Assembly (NCBI GenBank): GCA_965205855.1
Contig: OZ242184.1
Location: 96,001-160,000 of the forward strand
Reading direction: 5' to 3'
DNA: 64,000 nucleotides
Source: Thermodesulfobacteriota bacterium
GTDB lineage: Bacteria; Desulfobacterota_D; UBA1144; Nemesobacterales; Mycalebacteriaceae
The position numbers and the translations under genes are program-made. This document shows, in pieces, positions 19,269-28,668 of this stretch; within the stretch, counting starts at the first letter, position 1, and the number at the start of each line of letters is the position of its first letter. The notes under the pieces were generated by a model, which was given only the letters and a program-made list of their open reading frames with translations, was not told where the DNA came from and made no database searches.

Positions 19269-20216
19269 TCAGTTTTTTTCAAACACAAAAAAGAGAAAAA
19301 CCGCGTAGAAAAGCAACAGGAGGATTCCCTTTCCTCTTCCTATGGTCGCGCCTTTTTTCAGAAAAAGCGCGGCGATTATGCTTATTGCGATTGCGAACGG
19401 CAGTTCAAATCTCGGTATGCTCGAGTCTATGCTGAGCGGAAGTATTGAAGAAGTCAGCCCCAGAATCAATATATTGAACAGGTTGCTTCCTATAAGGTTG
19501 CCAATGGCGATTGAATCCTCGCGCCGCGCGACCGCCGAAAGGGACGAGACAAGCTCGGGAAGCGAAGTTCCCACGGCTACTGCGGTTACGCCGATTATAA
19601 TCTCCGGCACCTGTGCTCTGCGGGCTATTCCCACCGCGCCTTCAACGACAATGTCGCTTCCGAGCAAAAGTGTCGCAATCCCTGTTGCGGTCAGAAGCAC
19701 CGATCCCCAAAGGCCTCCCGTCGCCGGTTGAGGCTCAGGGTTTCTGTTCGTTTTTGCCGACTGCCTGAGATACAGATACACGATGAGAGGCAGGAGAAGA
19801 GCTATTAAAACTTTCCCCTCTCCGCTACTGAGCGTGCCGTCTTTGCAAAGAAAGAGCAGCAAGCAAAGAAAAACCACAGCCGCCGCCGCTTCCACCCTGA
19901 TACCCTGCCGTACCTGAATTGCGCCCACGGCTGCGCTGATGCCGACTATCAGACCTATGTTTGAAATGTTGCTACCGATTATGTTTCCCGTGGCAATGTC
20001 CGCGGAGCCCTTGAACGCTGCAACAAGGCAGACGAGAAGCTCCGGCAGTGAAGTTCCGACTGCTATTACCGTAAGGCCTATAATCAGAGGGCTTATTCCC
20101 ATTCTTGCGGAAATTTTGGAGCTTCCTTCAATTGCCGAATCCGCTCCCATCCACAGGCCTGCTATGCCGGCGACAAGCAAAGTGATTTCAAAAAATATCG
20201 AGTCAAAAAACATCAT
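19269..20216 (-). CDS. Calcium/sodium antiporter (YrbG family)
   Basis: Two alpha repeats GTSLPEL...GNIIGSN / GTSLPEL...GNLIGSN; about 10 TM segments. Confidence 0.93.
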   Translation of the reverse strand: MMFFDSIFFEITLLVAGIAGLWMGADSAIEGSSKISARMGISPLIIGLTVIAVGTSLPELLVCLVAAFKGSADIATGNIIGSNISNIGLIVGISAAVGAIQVRQGIRVEAAAAVVFLCLLLFLCKDGTLSSGEGKVLIALLLPLIVYLYLRQSAKTNRNPEPQPATGGLWGSVLLTATGIATLLLGSDIVVEGAVGIARRAQVPEIIIGVTAVAVGTSLPELVSSLSAVARREDSIAIGNLIGSNLFNILILGLTSSILPLSIDSSIPRFELPFAIAISIIAALFLKKGATIGRGKGILLLLFYAVFLFFVFEKN

Positions 20217-20457
20217 TTGATTATGGCGGGGCGTCTTGCCTCGAAGTTGACGGCGGAATTATAAACCATAACGCGGTTTTGACTACATAAGGACTCTGCC
20301 GCATTTGCGGCAAGCCCCGTTTTGTTCGCGTAAGTTGAAATTGTTTTTGAATTTGGATAGCTTTTCCCTTCATGGCTTGAGGGATTAAGCGGGTCGATTT
20401 TTCATTGGTTAAGACCGCGCAACTTCACACTATCACAACCTGAGGAGGACTAAAATA

Positions 20458-22188
20458 ATGCGCCTTTTATTCAAACCGCGAGAACGCGAGTATGTGGGAA
20501 CGGGAGATTTGCCTTTCGGCACTTTTGACGACACAACGCAATGGCAACCTGTTACAACAAGTCTTGAAAACGGAGCCGAACAGTTTCCCGACAAGGAGAT
20601 GTTCAAAGTCGGAGATAAAGACGGCAACATCGTCAAAACTTTCACATACAAAGAGACAAACAGCCTTGCCAACAAAGTTGCGAACGGGCTTATAAAAGAC
20701 TTCGGGATTTCAAAGGGAGACAAGGTCGGCATGTATATGCTTAACCGCGCGGAGTATGTGCTTTCCATCATAGCGGCGCACAAAACCGCCGCCGTTCAGG
20801 TTCCAATCAACAAGGACGAAAAAGGCGAGCGTCTTTCATATGTAATCAACTATTCGGAAATGAAGGTTCTCGTTGCAGACTCGGGAAGCATCTCATTTCT
20901 TGAAGAAATCGCCGGAAATCTTGAGAAACTTGAAGCGGTTTTTATTGTCTCCGAAGGAGATGAAAAACTTCCCGCAAGCATAGGAAAAGCGAAGGTTCAT
21001 CCTTTCTCCGTGTTTGACGGTTCCGATGATTCAAACCCCGGAGTTGAAATTTCCGTGGATGATATGGAAAGATGTATGTTCACTTCCGGCACTACGGGAA
21101 TGCCCAAAGGGGTTGCCAGAGACCACGGTGGTGTTGTTATGACCGTAAGGTCCTACATACAGCAACAGGGAATTCGCAGTGATGATGTGCTTATGAGCGT
21201 TCTTTCCCTCGGTCATGCGAACGCTCAGGTAATGTGTCTTTTCAGCGCCATGGGAGCGGGTGCGACCGCGGTGTTCTTCCCGCGTTTTTCCGCTTCCAAT
21301 TTTTGGAAATGGGCCGCGGGTTGCGGAGCAACGTCGGTCAATATGCTTGGCGCGGTTGCGGAATATCTTTGGTCTGCTCCCCAGAGCGAGTGGGACACCA
21401 AACACAAAGTCAGGATAATGCTTGGCTCTCCCGCTCCGAGAGACCTGGACCAGTTTCAACAGAGATTTAACGTAAGGGTCATTGACGGATACGGTTCAAC
21501 GGAAATGGGAATGGTTCTCTGGAAAGACCCTGAAGACCACCGTCCCGGCTCTTCAGGTTTTCCGATGGAGGGATACCATGTTGAGCTTAGAAATCCGGAC
21601 AATATAGAAGAGCCGGTAAAATATTTTTGGGACCCTTCGGATAACATAACCCCGCCGGATGAAGCAAAGGGGCTTCTTTTTATAAAGCCGCTTATTACGC
21701 ACACGACCCTTAACGAATACTTCAAGGACGAGAGGCGCACACGAGAGGCTTTTGATGACGAAGGTTTTTTCAACTCGGATGACCTTTTTGCCAGAGGGAT
21801 TGACGGCAGATATTACTTCGCCGGAAGATACAGCAGAATAAGGGTTTCGGGTGAAAACGTTGACCCTATCGCCGTTTCGGACGAGGCTATGCAGTATGCG
21901 GCGATACAGGAGGCGATTGCGGTTGGCATGAGGCTTCCCAATGTTTCGGACGATGAGATAAAACTCTGCGTAACATTGAAAAAAGACGAGACTTTTGACC
22001 CTGTTGAGTTCTGCAAATGGATGGCGGAAAGGGTTATCGTGGCAATGGTTCCGCGGTTTATTGAAGTCTACGAGGACGGATTCCCCGTAACCGCCACTCA
22101 GAAAGTCAAAGTTGCGGAGATAAAGGAAATAACGGATAAGACCTGGGACAGAAGCGAGGCAGGACTCAAGTTTAGTGCAAGAAAATAA
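20458..22188 (+). CDS. AMP-dependent acyl-CoA ligase, CaiC-like, paralog 2
   Basis: SD GAGGAGG; FTSGTTGMPKGV, YGSTE, PVTATQK. Same length (576 aa) as and collinear with 16890-18620. Confidence 0.9.
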   Translation: MRLLFKPREREYVGTGDLPFGTFDDTTQWQPVTTSLENGAEQFPDKEMFKVGDKDGNIVKTFTYKETNSLANKVANGLIKDFGISKGDKVGMYMLNRAEYVLSIIAAHKTAAVQVPINKDEKGERLSYVINYSEMKVLVADSGSISFLEEIAGNLEKLEAVFIVSEGDEKLPASIGKAKVHPFSVFDGSDDSNPGVEISVDDMERCMFTSGTTGMPKGVARDHGGVVMTVRSYIQQQGIRSDDVLMSVLSLGHANAQVMCLFSAMGAGATAVFFPRFSASNFWKWAAGCGATSVNMLGAVAEYLWSAPQSEWDTKHKVRIMLGSPAPRDLDQFQQRFNVRVIDGYGSTEMGMVLWKDPEDHRPGSSGFPMEGYHVELRNPDNIEEPVKYFWDPSDNITPPDEAKGLLFIKPLITHTTLNEYFKDERRTREAFDDEGFFNSDDLFARGIDGRYYFAGRYSRIRVSGENVDPIAVSDEAMQYAAIQEAIAVGMRLPNVSDDEIKLCVTLKKDETFDPVEFCKWMAERVIVAMVPRFIEVYEDGFPVTATQKVKVAEIKEITDKTWDRSEAGLKFSARK

Positions 22189-22687
22189 TCTTCGCGGAAC
22201 CGTTGCAGAAAGGGGCTTTATGAAGTTGGCGCTTCATGAGGCGGAGATTGCCGCGCAAAAGGGAGAGGTTCCCGTGGGGGCTGTTATCGCGGACTTGCGA
22301 GGAAGGGTTCTTTGCTCGGCGCACAATGAGAGGGAAACCCTGTGCGACCCCACCGCCCATGCCGAGGTTCTTGCAATACGGCGCGCGGCCCAAAAGGCCG
22401 AAGGCTGGAGGCTGCCCGGAACGGTTCTGTATGTTACCCTTGAGCCTTGTATAATGTGCATGGGGGCTGTGCTTAATTCGCGCATTAGTACGGTGGTTTT
22501 CGGAGCATATGACGCCGAGGCGGGAGCGCTTGAGAGCAACTTGGGAGTCGGAACCGATGGCGGGGAAAGCCGTGCGGTCGGCTACCGGGGTGGTGTTATG
22601 GAGAAAGAATGCTCCGATGTCCTCAGAAGTTTTTTTCATAATTTGAGGCGGGAAAGGGCTCACTCTTGGTCTCGCTTACGGAGGTAG
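22175..22687 (+). CDS. tadA: tRNA adenosine(34) deaminase
   Basis: GEVPVGAV, DPTAHAE, LYVTLEPCIMC, LRSFF. The start may be ATG 22220. Confidence 0.9.
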   Translation: MQENNLRGTVAERGFMKLALHEAEIAAQKGEVPVGAVIADLRGRVLCSAHNERETLCDPTAHAEVLAIRRAAQKAEGWRLPGTVLYVTLEPCIMCMGAVLNSRISTVVFGAYDAEAGALESNLGVGTDGGESRAVGYRGGVMEKECSDVLRSFFHNLRRERAHSWSRLRR

Positions 22688-22689
22688 AA

Positions 22690-23832
22690 ATGTCACTTAA
22701 CTTTGAACTGAGCGATGAGCAGATACTTTTTCAGGAGACTCTGGCGGCTTTTTGCGCGAAAGAGATAGAGCCTCTTGTTGAGGAGCACGAAAAAGAGGAG
22801 AAATTCCCCAAACATATATTCCCTATGCTCGGTGAGATGGGCTTTCTGGGAATCATGTATCCCGAAGAATACGGCGGAGTCGGAATGGACAAGATAACCG
22901 ATTGCATTTTTGCCGAAGAGATGGGAAAAATCTGGTCTGCGGCGGCAATGGCTGTGAACGCCCATGTCGGGCTTGCGTGCTTTCCGGTTTACAAGTTTGG
23001 AACCGAGGAGCATAAACAGAAATATCTTGTTCCTGGACTTAAGGGAGAGAAAATCGGCGCTCTGGGGCTGACCGAACCCGGAGCCGGTTCCGATGCGAGA
23101 AGCATAAGATCTCAAGCGGTCAAAAAGGATGGCAAGTACATACTGAACGGCACAAAAACCTGGATAACGAACGGGAGCATGGCGGATTTTGCCATTGTCG
23201 CGGCTTATACGGACAATACAAAAAAGGGAGAGGGGATAAGCATATTCATAGTGGAAAAAGACTTTCCAGGCTTCGGTGTGAGCGGAAAGATACACAAGCT
23301 TGGACACCGCGCCGCGGACACATCGGAGCTTATTTTTGAAAACTGTGAAGTTCCCGAAGAGAACCTTCTGGTGGGTGAGGGCGGTTTTGGTTTGGCGATG
23401 GAGACTCTGCTGGGCGCGCGTATAACCCATGCCGCAAAGTCGGTGGGTCTTGCGCAAGCCGCTCTTGAATACGCCCTCCAGTATTCAAAAGAAAGGGAGA
23501 CTTTCGGCAAGCCCATTTCCAAACATCAGGAGATAAGTTCCAAACTTGCCACAATGGCGGTCAAAGTTGAAACCGCCCGCCTTCTGGTCTATAAAGCCGC
23601 ATGGCTTTATAGTAATGAAAAGCCCGCGCTTAAAGACGCTTCAATGGCAAAACTGTATGCGGCCGATGTAGTCCAATGGGTTACAAGCGAAGCGATTCAA
23701 GTGCTCGGCGGATACGGCTACAGTGTGGAATACAAAGCCGAACGTTTCTTCCGTGATGCCAGACTGTCGTCCATTACGGAAGGAACTTCTGAAATTCAAC
23801 GTCTTGTCATAGCCCGCGAACTGGGTTGCTGA
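22690..23832 (+). CDS. Acyl-CoA dehydrogenase
   Basis: LGLTEPGAGSDA, GTKTWITNG, RETFGKPI, GGYGY, ITEGTSEIQ (catalytic Glu in the short/medium-chain position). Confidence 0.95.
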   Translation: MSLNFELSDEQILFQETLAAFCAKEIEPLVEEHEKEEKFPKHIFPMLGEMGFLGIMYPEEYGGVGMDKITDCIFAEEMGKIWSAAAMAVNAHVGLACFPVYKFGTEEHKQKYLVPGLKGEKIGALGLTEPGAGSDARSIRSQAVKKDGKYILNGTKTWITNGSMADFAIVAAYTDNTKKGEGISIFIVEKDFPGFGVSGKIHKLGHRAADTSELIFENCEVPEENLLVGEGGFGLAMETLLGARITHAAKSVGLAQAALEYALQYSKERETFGKPISKHQEISSKLATMAVKVETARLLVYKAAWLYSNEKPALKDASMAKLYAADVVQWVTSEAIQVLGGYGYSVEYKAERFFRDARLSSITEGTSEIQRLVIARELGC

Positions 23833-23930
23833 CCGCTTTTGCCCAAACGGCTGTTTGTTAAAAAGTATTGACTTAAAGCGGTTTTTTCTGTTACAAAGCA
23901 ACATAGCTTACTTAAAGGAGGTAAGGAGAA

Positions 23931-24470
23931 ATGGCAGTTGAACAACTGTTTGGTTATGTCCTGCTCTTAGTGGGGTTCGTATTTTTTGCAAACGGTATGA
24001 CCTTGCTTGGAAAAACAGGAGGAAAAGAAGTCGGGGTTTTAAACCTTGGTGTGGGGCTTTTAATAGCTCTTGCAGCGTGGAAAATTCACGCTATCAGCGG
24101 TGCTCTTGCTTATGCAACGGCTCTTATTTCAGTGTTTGCGCTCATCTATCTGCTTGTATATGCGGTTTTTGTGCACGGACATGATGCTAAAGGGCTTGGT
24201 TGGTACTGTTTGTTTGGCACCATTGTTTTTCTATGGTACGCAAAGTTTTTCGGTGTGGGTCTTGCGCCAGCTGGAACCGGACTGTTTGGACTTTTCTGCG
24301 TGGCGTGGGCGTTACTTACTCTGCTTTGCTTTTTTGCCTTTGCGCAGGGTAAAAACCTCGGAACGACTATAGGGTATCTCTTCATAATTGAGGCGTTTCT
24401 CACCCTTCTGATTCCGGGAATGATGCTTCTCACGGAAACATGGAACCCGCTTACGGCAGCCGCCGGCTGA
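23931..24470 (+). CDS. AmiS/UreI-family amide/urea channel
   Basis: Six TM helices; LLLVGFVFFANG...KEVGVLNL, DAKGLGWYCLF, WALL. Strong SD. Confidence 0.8.
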   Translation: MAVEQLFGYVLLLVGFVFFANGMTLLGKTGGKEVGVLNLGVGLLIALAAWKIHAISGALAYATALISVFALIYLLVYAVFVHGHDAKGLGWYCLFGTIVFLWYAKFFGVGLAPAGTGLFGLFCVAWALLTLLCFFAFAQGKNLGTTIGYLFIIEAFLTLLIPGMMLLTETWNPLTAAAG

Positions 24471-24508
24471 CGGGGCGATTTTTCCGGCAACGGAAAAAGA
24501 AACTATTG

Positions 24509-24548
24509 AAAAAAAGGAAGACTCCCTTACGGGGGTCTTCCTTTTTTT
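24509..24548 (+). terminator. Rho-independent terminator (potentially bidirectional)
   Basis: A7-GGAAGACTCCC-TTAC-GGGGGTCTTCC-T7. Confidence 0.9.
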
Positions 24549-24619
24549 ATGCAACCTCACCGTTTGTCGCGCGTATGTGTGATATAGTCTGACAAGTTGG
24601 AAGGTTTACTGTTTCCGTC

Positions 24620-25249
24620 ATGGCGATAAAGGTCAAAATTGTCAGTCCGCCCCGCCTCAGTTTCTTTGAGCGTCTTTATTTTCCGCAAGTTTTGCAAGGG
24701 TTCCTGATAACTCTGAGAAGTTTTTTCGGCAAGAAAATAACTGTTAGTTATCCCGACGAGGTCAAGGATCTTCCTCCAAACTACCGGGGGCTTCATGAGA
24801 TGCCGGCGGACGATGACGGAAACATAAGATGCGTTGCGTGCAAGCTGTGTGAAGTTGCGTGTCCGACTCAAGCCATTTCAATAGTCAGCGAGCCGGCCGA
24901 TGATTACGGAGTGGAGAGAAGGCCCTCGGTCTATAACATAGATTTTATGCGTTGTGTTTTCTGCGGCTTCTGTGTTGAGGCGTGTCCCTGTGACGCTCTC
25001 AGAATGGGAATGGAATACGAACTTTCTTCCTACAACAGAGCGGGTCTTGTTCATACAAAAGAGGTTTTTTTCAAACCACATCTTAAAAGCGATGCTCCGA
25101 GGGACAACGCAAATTTTCTTTACCAGTACATGAAAGGGAACATCATTGACGACGCCCCCGGAGAGATTGAAAAGGTCAAGGCCCTGGACGGTTCCTATCG
25201 CTCGGCTTCCAGCTTTTCGGGAACGGACAAATCTTCTATTTCGGAATAG
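24620..25249 (+). CDS. nuoI: NADH-quinone oxidoreductase subunit I
   Basis: TVSYPDE, YRGLH, CVACKLCEVACP, CVFCGFCVEACP. Confidence 0.9.
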   Translation: MAIKVKIVSPPRLSFFERLYFPQVLQGFLITLRSFFGKKITVSYPDEVKDLPPNYRGLHEMPADDDGNIRCVACKLCEVACPTQAISIVSEPADDYGVERRPSVYNIDFMRCVFCGFCVEACPCDALRMGMEYELSSYNRAGLVHTKEVFFKPHLKSDAPRDNANFLYQYMKGNIIDDAPGEIEKVKALDGSYRSASSFSGTDKSSISE

Positions 25250-27027
25250 TCCTTGCTGTTTCTTAATTTCAAGATTCCTGACAGAAGAGTTTTCAGTTGA
25301 GTTCTTTCGGTTGCTATATGTATTCCGCCGTTTCTCAGATAGAAATCCGGAGTCATTGTCTCAGGTTTCACCCCCCTTCCACCGCTGGTCAGTTTTACAA
25401 CTCTGTCCCCGGCGAAGGCGATTATGGATTTTTTTTCCGCGATTATGAAATCTCCCTGAACCGCATAGCTGGCAAGAGAGCCGCCGGTTGTCGGGTGCGC
25501 AAGAACCGATATGTATGAAAGTCCCGATTCCTTGAGTTTGAGAATTGCGGAAATGGTTTTCGCCATCTGATACAAGGCGACCGTTCCTTCCTGCATTCTT
25601 GCTCCCCCGCTTGCCGTTACTGAAACAAGGTCCAGGTTGTTTTGTATGCAGTAGTCAACGATTATTCTCATCTTCTCGCCGAAGACAGCGCTCATGGAGC
25701 CTCCCATAAAGCGGAAATCGCAAATTGCCACCCCGGTGGGGCGACCGAATATTGAGCCGTATCCCACGACAAGTGAGTCTTTTGAATTGGTTTTTCCCGC
25801 CATTTTTATTCTCGTCTGCGAGTAGTCGGCTATGTTGAATTCGGGCGCTATATGTTCAATGGTCAGTTCCGGGTTTATCTCGTGGAATGTTTCTTCATCA
25901 AACAGAAATTTAATATAATCGTCCGAACCGAGCGGTTCGGGTTTGTTGCAATACGGGCACGCAAACAGGTTATTTTCAACTTCTTGTCTTTTGTAGCGGT
26001 TATGGCATCCGGCGCGGATTATCTGCCCCTCCGAGTCTTTTTCGTCATTGCAGAAAAACTGTTCCGCCCCGTAGATAGCGAGCTGAATTTGAGACGCCTC
26101 GGGAGTTTTCGGAACTGACAGTCTTGATGGTAGAAGCGATTTTATTTTTCTGGTTATGACATTGTACAAGCCGGATTTGTCCATGCGCCCGCACATATTG
26201 ATGTTGTTCCGGAGGTTGTTTTTCAGTTCTTCAAGGTCTTTTTTTTCAATCTCATCAATTGCTTCGGTAAGACTTTTTAACATGATTTCCGCAGTTTCCT
26301 TTTTGTAGTTTTTACTCCCGATTTTCGGTTCTTTGATTATGCCGTCAATGATATTGTATTTCAGCATATATTCCGCGGTCGGCTGCAGAACCTCGAGGGC
26401 TTCCGCCACTTTGTCCGGGCTTCTGAACAGTATCGCCGAACAACCTTCGGGCGTGATAACTGAAAACTCCGCTCTTGAGAGCATAAGACGGCAATGCGCA
26501 AGTTGAAGGGCTATCGCTCCGCCGCTTCCGCCGAGCCCTATGATTGTTGAAATTGAACGCGTTCCGAGAGACAGCATTTTCGCCTGACATTCCGATATAA
26601 GCCAGGACTGCAATTTTTCCGCCGAATACTCGTAAGGGTCTCCGCCCACAGTGTCTATGAATGTGTTGAGGATGATTTTGTTTTCTTCGGCGTATTTCAT
26701 CATGTTAATGGAAATTGCATATCCGTCGGCTTTGATCATTCCAAAATTCATCCCCGTTCGCTCTTCCTCGCTTGAAGGTGTTTGCTGGGCTATAACCGCA
26801 ATGCGTTGGCCCCCTTTTTTGAGAGTTCCGACCCCGGCAATTAATGCGGGGTCTTCTTGAATCTCCACCTTTCTTCCGGTCGGTGATGTGATGTGGGTCG
26901 AAAAGCCCTCCAATTTATTCCAGGGAATAAAATCCGAATAGAGAAGGTCTATAATATCGCGAGATTTAATCCTCTGATACGACTTCGCTTCCTCATGCGC
27001 CGAAACTGCTTTGGATGGTTTTGACAT
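25195..27027 (-). CDS. Fused acetyl-CoA carboxylase carboxyltransferase, alpha (N-terminal) plus beta (C-terminal)
   Basis: AccA motifs TFIDT, GGSGGA, SVITPEGCSAILF, IIDGIIKEP, then AccD motifs CPYC, DFRFMGGSM, SGGARMQEG, HPTTGG. Probable start ATG 27027. Confidence 0.9.
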   Translation of the reverse strand: MSKPSKAVSAHEEAKSYQRIKSRDIIDLLYSDFIPWNKLEGFSTHITSPTGRKVEIQEDPALIAGVGTLKKGGQRIAVIAQQTPSSEEERTGMNFGMIKADGYAISINMMKYAEENKIILNTFIDTVGGDPYEYSAEKLQSWLISECQAKMLSLGTRSISTIIGLGGSGGAIALQLAHCRLMLSRAEFSVITPEGCSAILFRSPDKVAEALEVLQPTAEYMLKYNIIDGIIKEPKIGSKNYKKETAEIMLKSLTEAIDEIEKKDLEELKNNLRNNINMCGRMDKSGLYNVITRKIKSLLPSRLSVPKTPEASQIQLAIYGAEQFFCNDEKDSEGQIIRAGCHNRYKRQEVENNLFACPYCNKPEPLGSDDYIKFLFDEETFHEINPELTIEHIAPEFNIADYSQTRIKMAGKTNSKDSLVVGYGSIFGRPTGVAICDFRFMGGSMSAVFGEKMRIIVDYCIQNNLDLVSVTASGGARMQEGTVALYQMAKTISAILKLKESGLSYISVLAHPTTGGSLASYAVQGDFIIAEKKSIIAFAGDRVVKLTSGGRGVKPETMTPDFYLRNGGIHIATERTQLKTLLSGILKLRNSKDYSEIEDLSVPEKLEAER

Positions 27028-27098
27028 TACAACCCTACCCCGTCCGTCCATGCGAAAGCTTACCGGAGCGGGGAGTTTTTAATTTTTTGATAAGAGTT

Positions 27099-27422
27099 TC
27101 AGACGTTAAAAGACTGTCCGCAACCGCATGAGCCTTTGGAGTTTGGGTTGATAATAGAAAATCCGGTGCCGTTCAGGCCGCCCTGATAGTCAAGACTTGC
27201 GCCCTTGATGTATTGAAAACTGATACCATCAACGGCGACTTTTACCCCTTCCCGCTCAAAAATTTGGTCGGAACCCTCAATTTCGTCGTCAAACCCCATT
27301 TCGTAGGAAAATCCCGAACAGCCGCCAGGGACCACACGCACTCTTAGAAAACCGTTTGACATATCTTCCTCAGACAGCAGTTTTCCTATCTCTTCGGCCG
27401 CTCTTTTTGTTACCGAGAACAT
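27099..27422 (-). CDS. A-type Fe-S carrier (HesB/IscA/ErpA)
   Basis: GGCSGFSY and NPNSKGSCGCGQSF; SD GGGAGG. Confidence 0.95.
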   Translation of the reverse strand: MFSVTKRAAEEIGKLLSEEDMSNGFLRVRVVPGGCSGFSYEMGFDDEIEGSDQIFEREGVKVAVDGISFQYIKGASLDYQGGLNGTGFSIINPNSKGSCGCGQSFNV

Positions 27423-27526
27423 CGCCTTCGAACCTCCCGTCTGCACCAGCAGACGTAAAGATTATATATCACACCGGAAATCAAAACAAACCCTGAAATC
27501 TTTTCTCATCCGGTATATTTGCTCAA

Positions 27527-28657
27527 ATGAAGAACGGAAAAACGGTTCTAATTATTGATTCAACGGAAAACAATCCCGACCTTCTTTACGCAATGGGGGG
27601 TTTTTTCGTTCCTGACCCGGTTGTTTTTATCAGACACCGGGGCGAGTCAATTCTTGTTTTAAACGACCTTGAGTTGTCGCGTGGCAGAAAGAAAGCCGCT
27701 GTCTCCACGGTTCTGTCTCTGTCCGAATATACGGTAAAACTTCGGGCGAACGGGAAAAAGAAGCATTCCCTTGTTGATGTTGCGGGCTTGATTCTCAGGG
27801 AAAGAAGGATCTCCCGTGTGGAGGTTCAAAATTTGTTTCCGGTGGCTTTTGCCGACGATTTGAGAAAAAAAGGCTTTAAAGTCAAATGTTGCGGCCGTGG
27901 GATGATTTTTAACGAGAGAATGAAAAAAACTCCGCGTGAAATCGCGCTTATCAGAAAATCTCTGAGAGACACCGCCGCCGCAATGAAAACGGCGACGGAT
28001 CTGGTGTTTGATGCGAAAATCGGGAAAAACGGCGTTTTGTTCTCCGGAGGAAAGCCGCTGACTTCCGAGCGGATAAAGCGCGCCATAAACTCCGAACTCG
28101 CGGGAAAAGGATACTCCGTTAGCGGAACAATAGTCGCCTGCGGAGAGCATTCGGCGATGCCACACTACTCTGGCGAGGGTCCTATTTTTGGCTGCAGTCC
28201 CGTTGTTATTGACATATTTCCAAAGTCTGAGGACGGATATTTCGGCGATATGACAAGAACTGTTGTAAAGGGCAAGCCGTCACCCGATCTTGCGGCAATA
28301 TATAAAACGGTTCTGAAAGGGCAGAAGATTGCGATTGAAATGATAAAACACGGGGTTGAAACCGCTGATGTTCACAATGCAGTTACGGGGTTTTTTGATT
28401 CCGAGGGTTTCAAAACAAGCCGCGGAGATAATCCGCAGGGTTTTATACATTCCACCGGGCACGGTTTGGGCATGGGGCTTCACGAGCCGCCAAATATCAA
28501 CCTCTACGGCGGCGTTCTTGAAGAGGGCAATGTTGTTACCGTTGAGCCGGGGCTTTACTATGAAGGTATCGGGGGAGTCCGCCTAGAAGATGTCGTTCTT
28601 GTCACAAAAAAAGAATGTCAAAACCTTACCCGGTGCGCAAAGGTTTTATCGCGTTAA
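27527..28657 (+). CDS. Xaa-Pro aminopeptidase (M24)
   Basis: GYFGDMTRT, HSTGHGLGMGLHE, TVEPGLY, GVRLED. Confidence 0.93.
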   Translation: MKNGKTVLIIDSTENNPDLLYAMGGFFVPDPVVFIRHRGESILVLNDLELSRGRKKAAVSTVLSLSEYTVKLRANGKKKHSLVDVAGLILRERRISRVEVQNLFPVAFADDLRKKGFKVKCCGRGMIFNERMKKTPREIALIRKSLRDTAAAMKTATDLVFDAKIGKNGVLFSGGKPLTSERIKRAINSELAGKGYSVSGTIVACGEHSAMPHYSGEGPIFGCSPVVIDIFPKSEDGYFGDMTRTVVKGKPSPDLAAIYKTVLKGQKIAIEMIKHGVETADVHNAVTGFFDSEGFKTSRGDNPQGFIHSTGHGLGMGLHEPPNINLYGGVLEEGNVVTVEPGLYYEGIGGVRLEDVVLVTKKECQNLTRCAKVLSR

Positions 28658-28668
28658 AAAAAAACGAC

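Noticed and set aside
6599-20227. Identical 12-mer CATAATCAAATG at the starts of purH and the YrbG gene (minus strand)
   Set aside because: Only two occurrences in unrelated genes, and it includes the ATG; likely chance.
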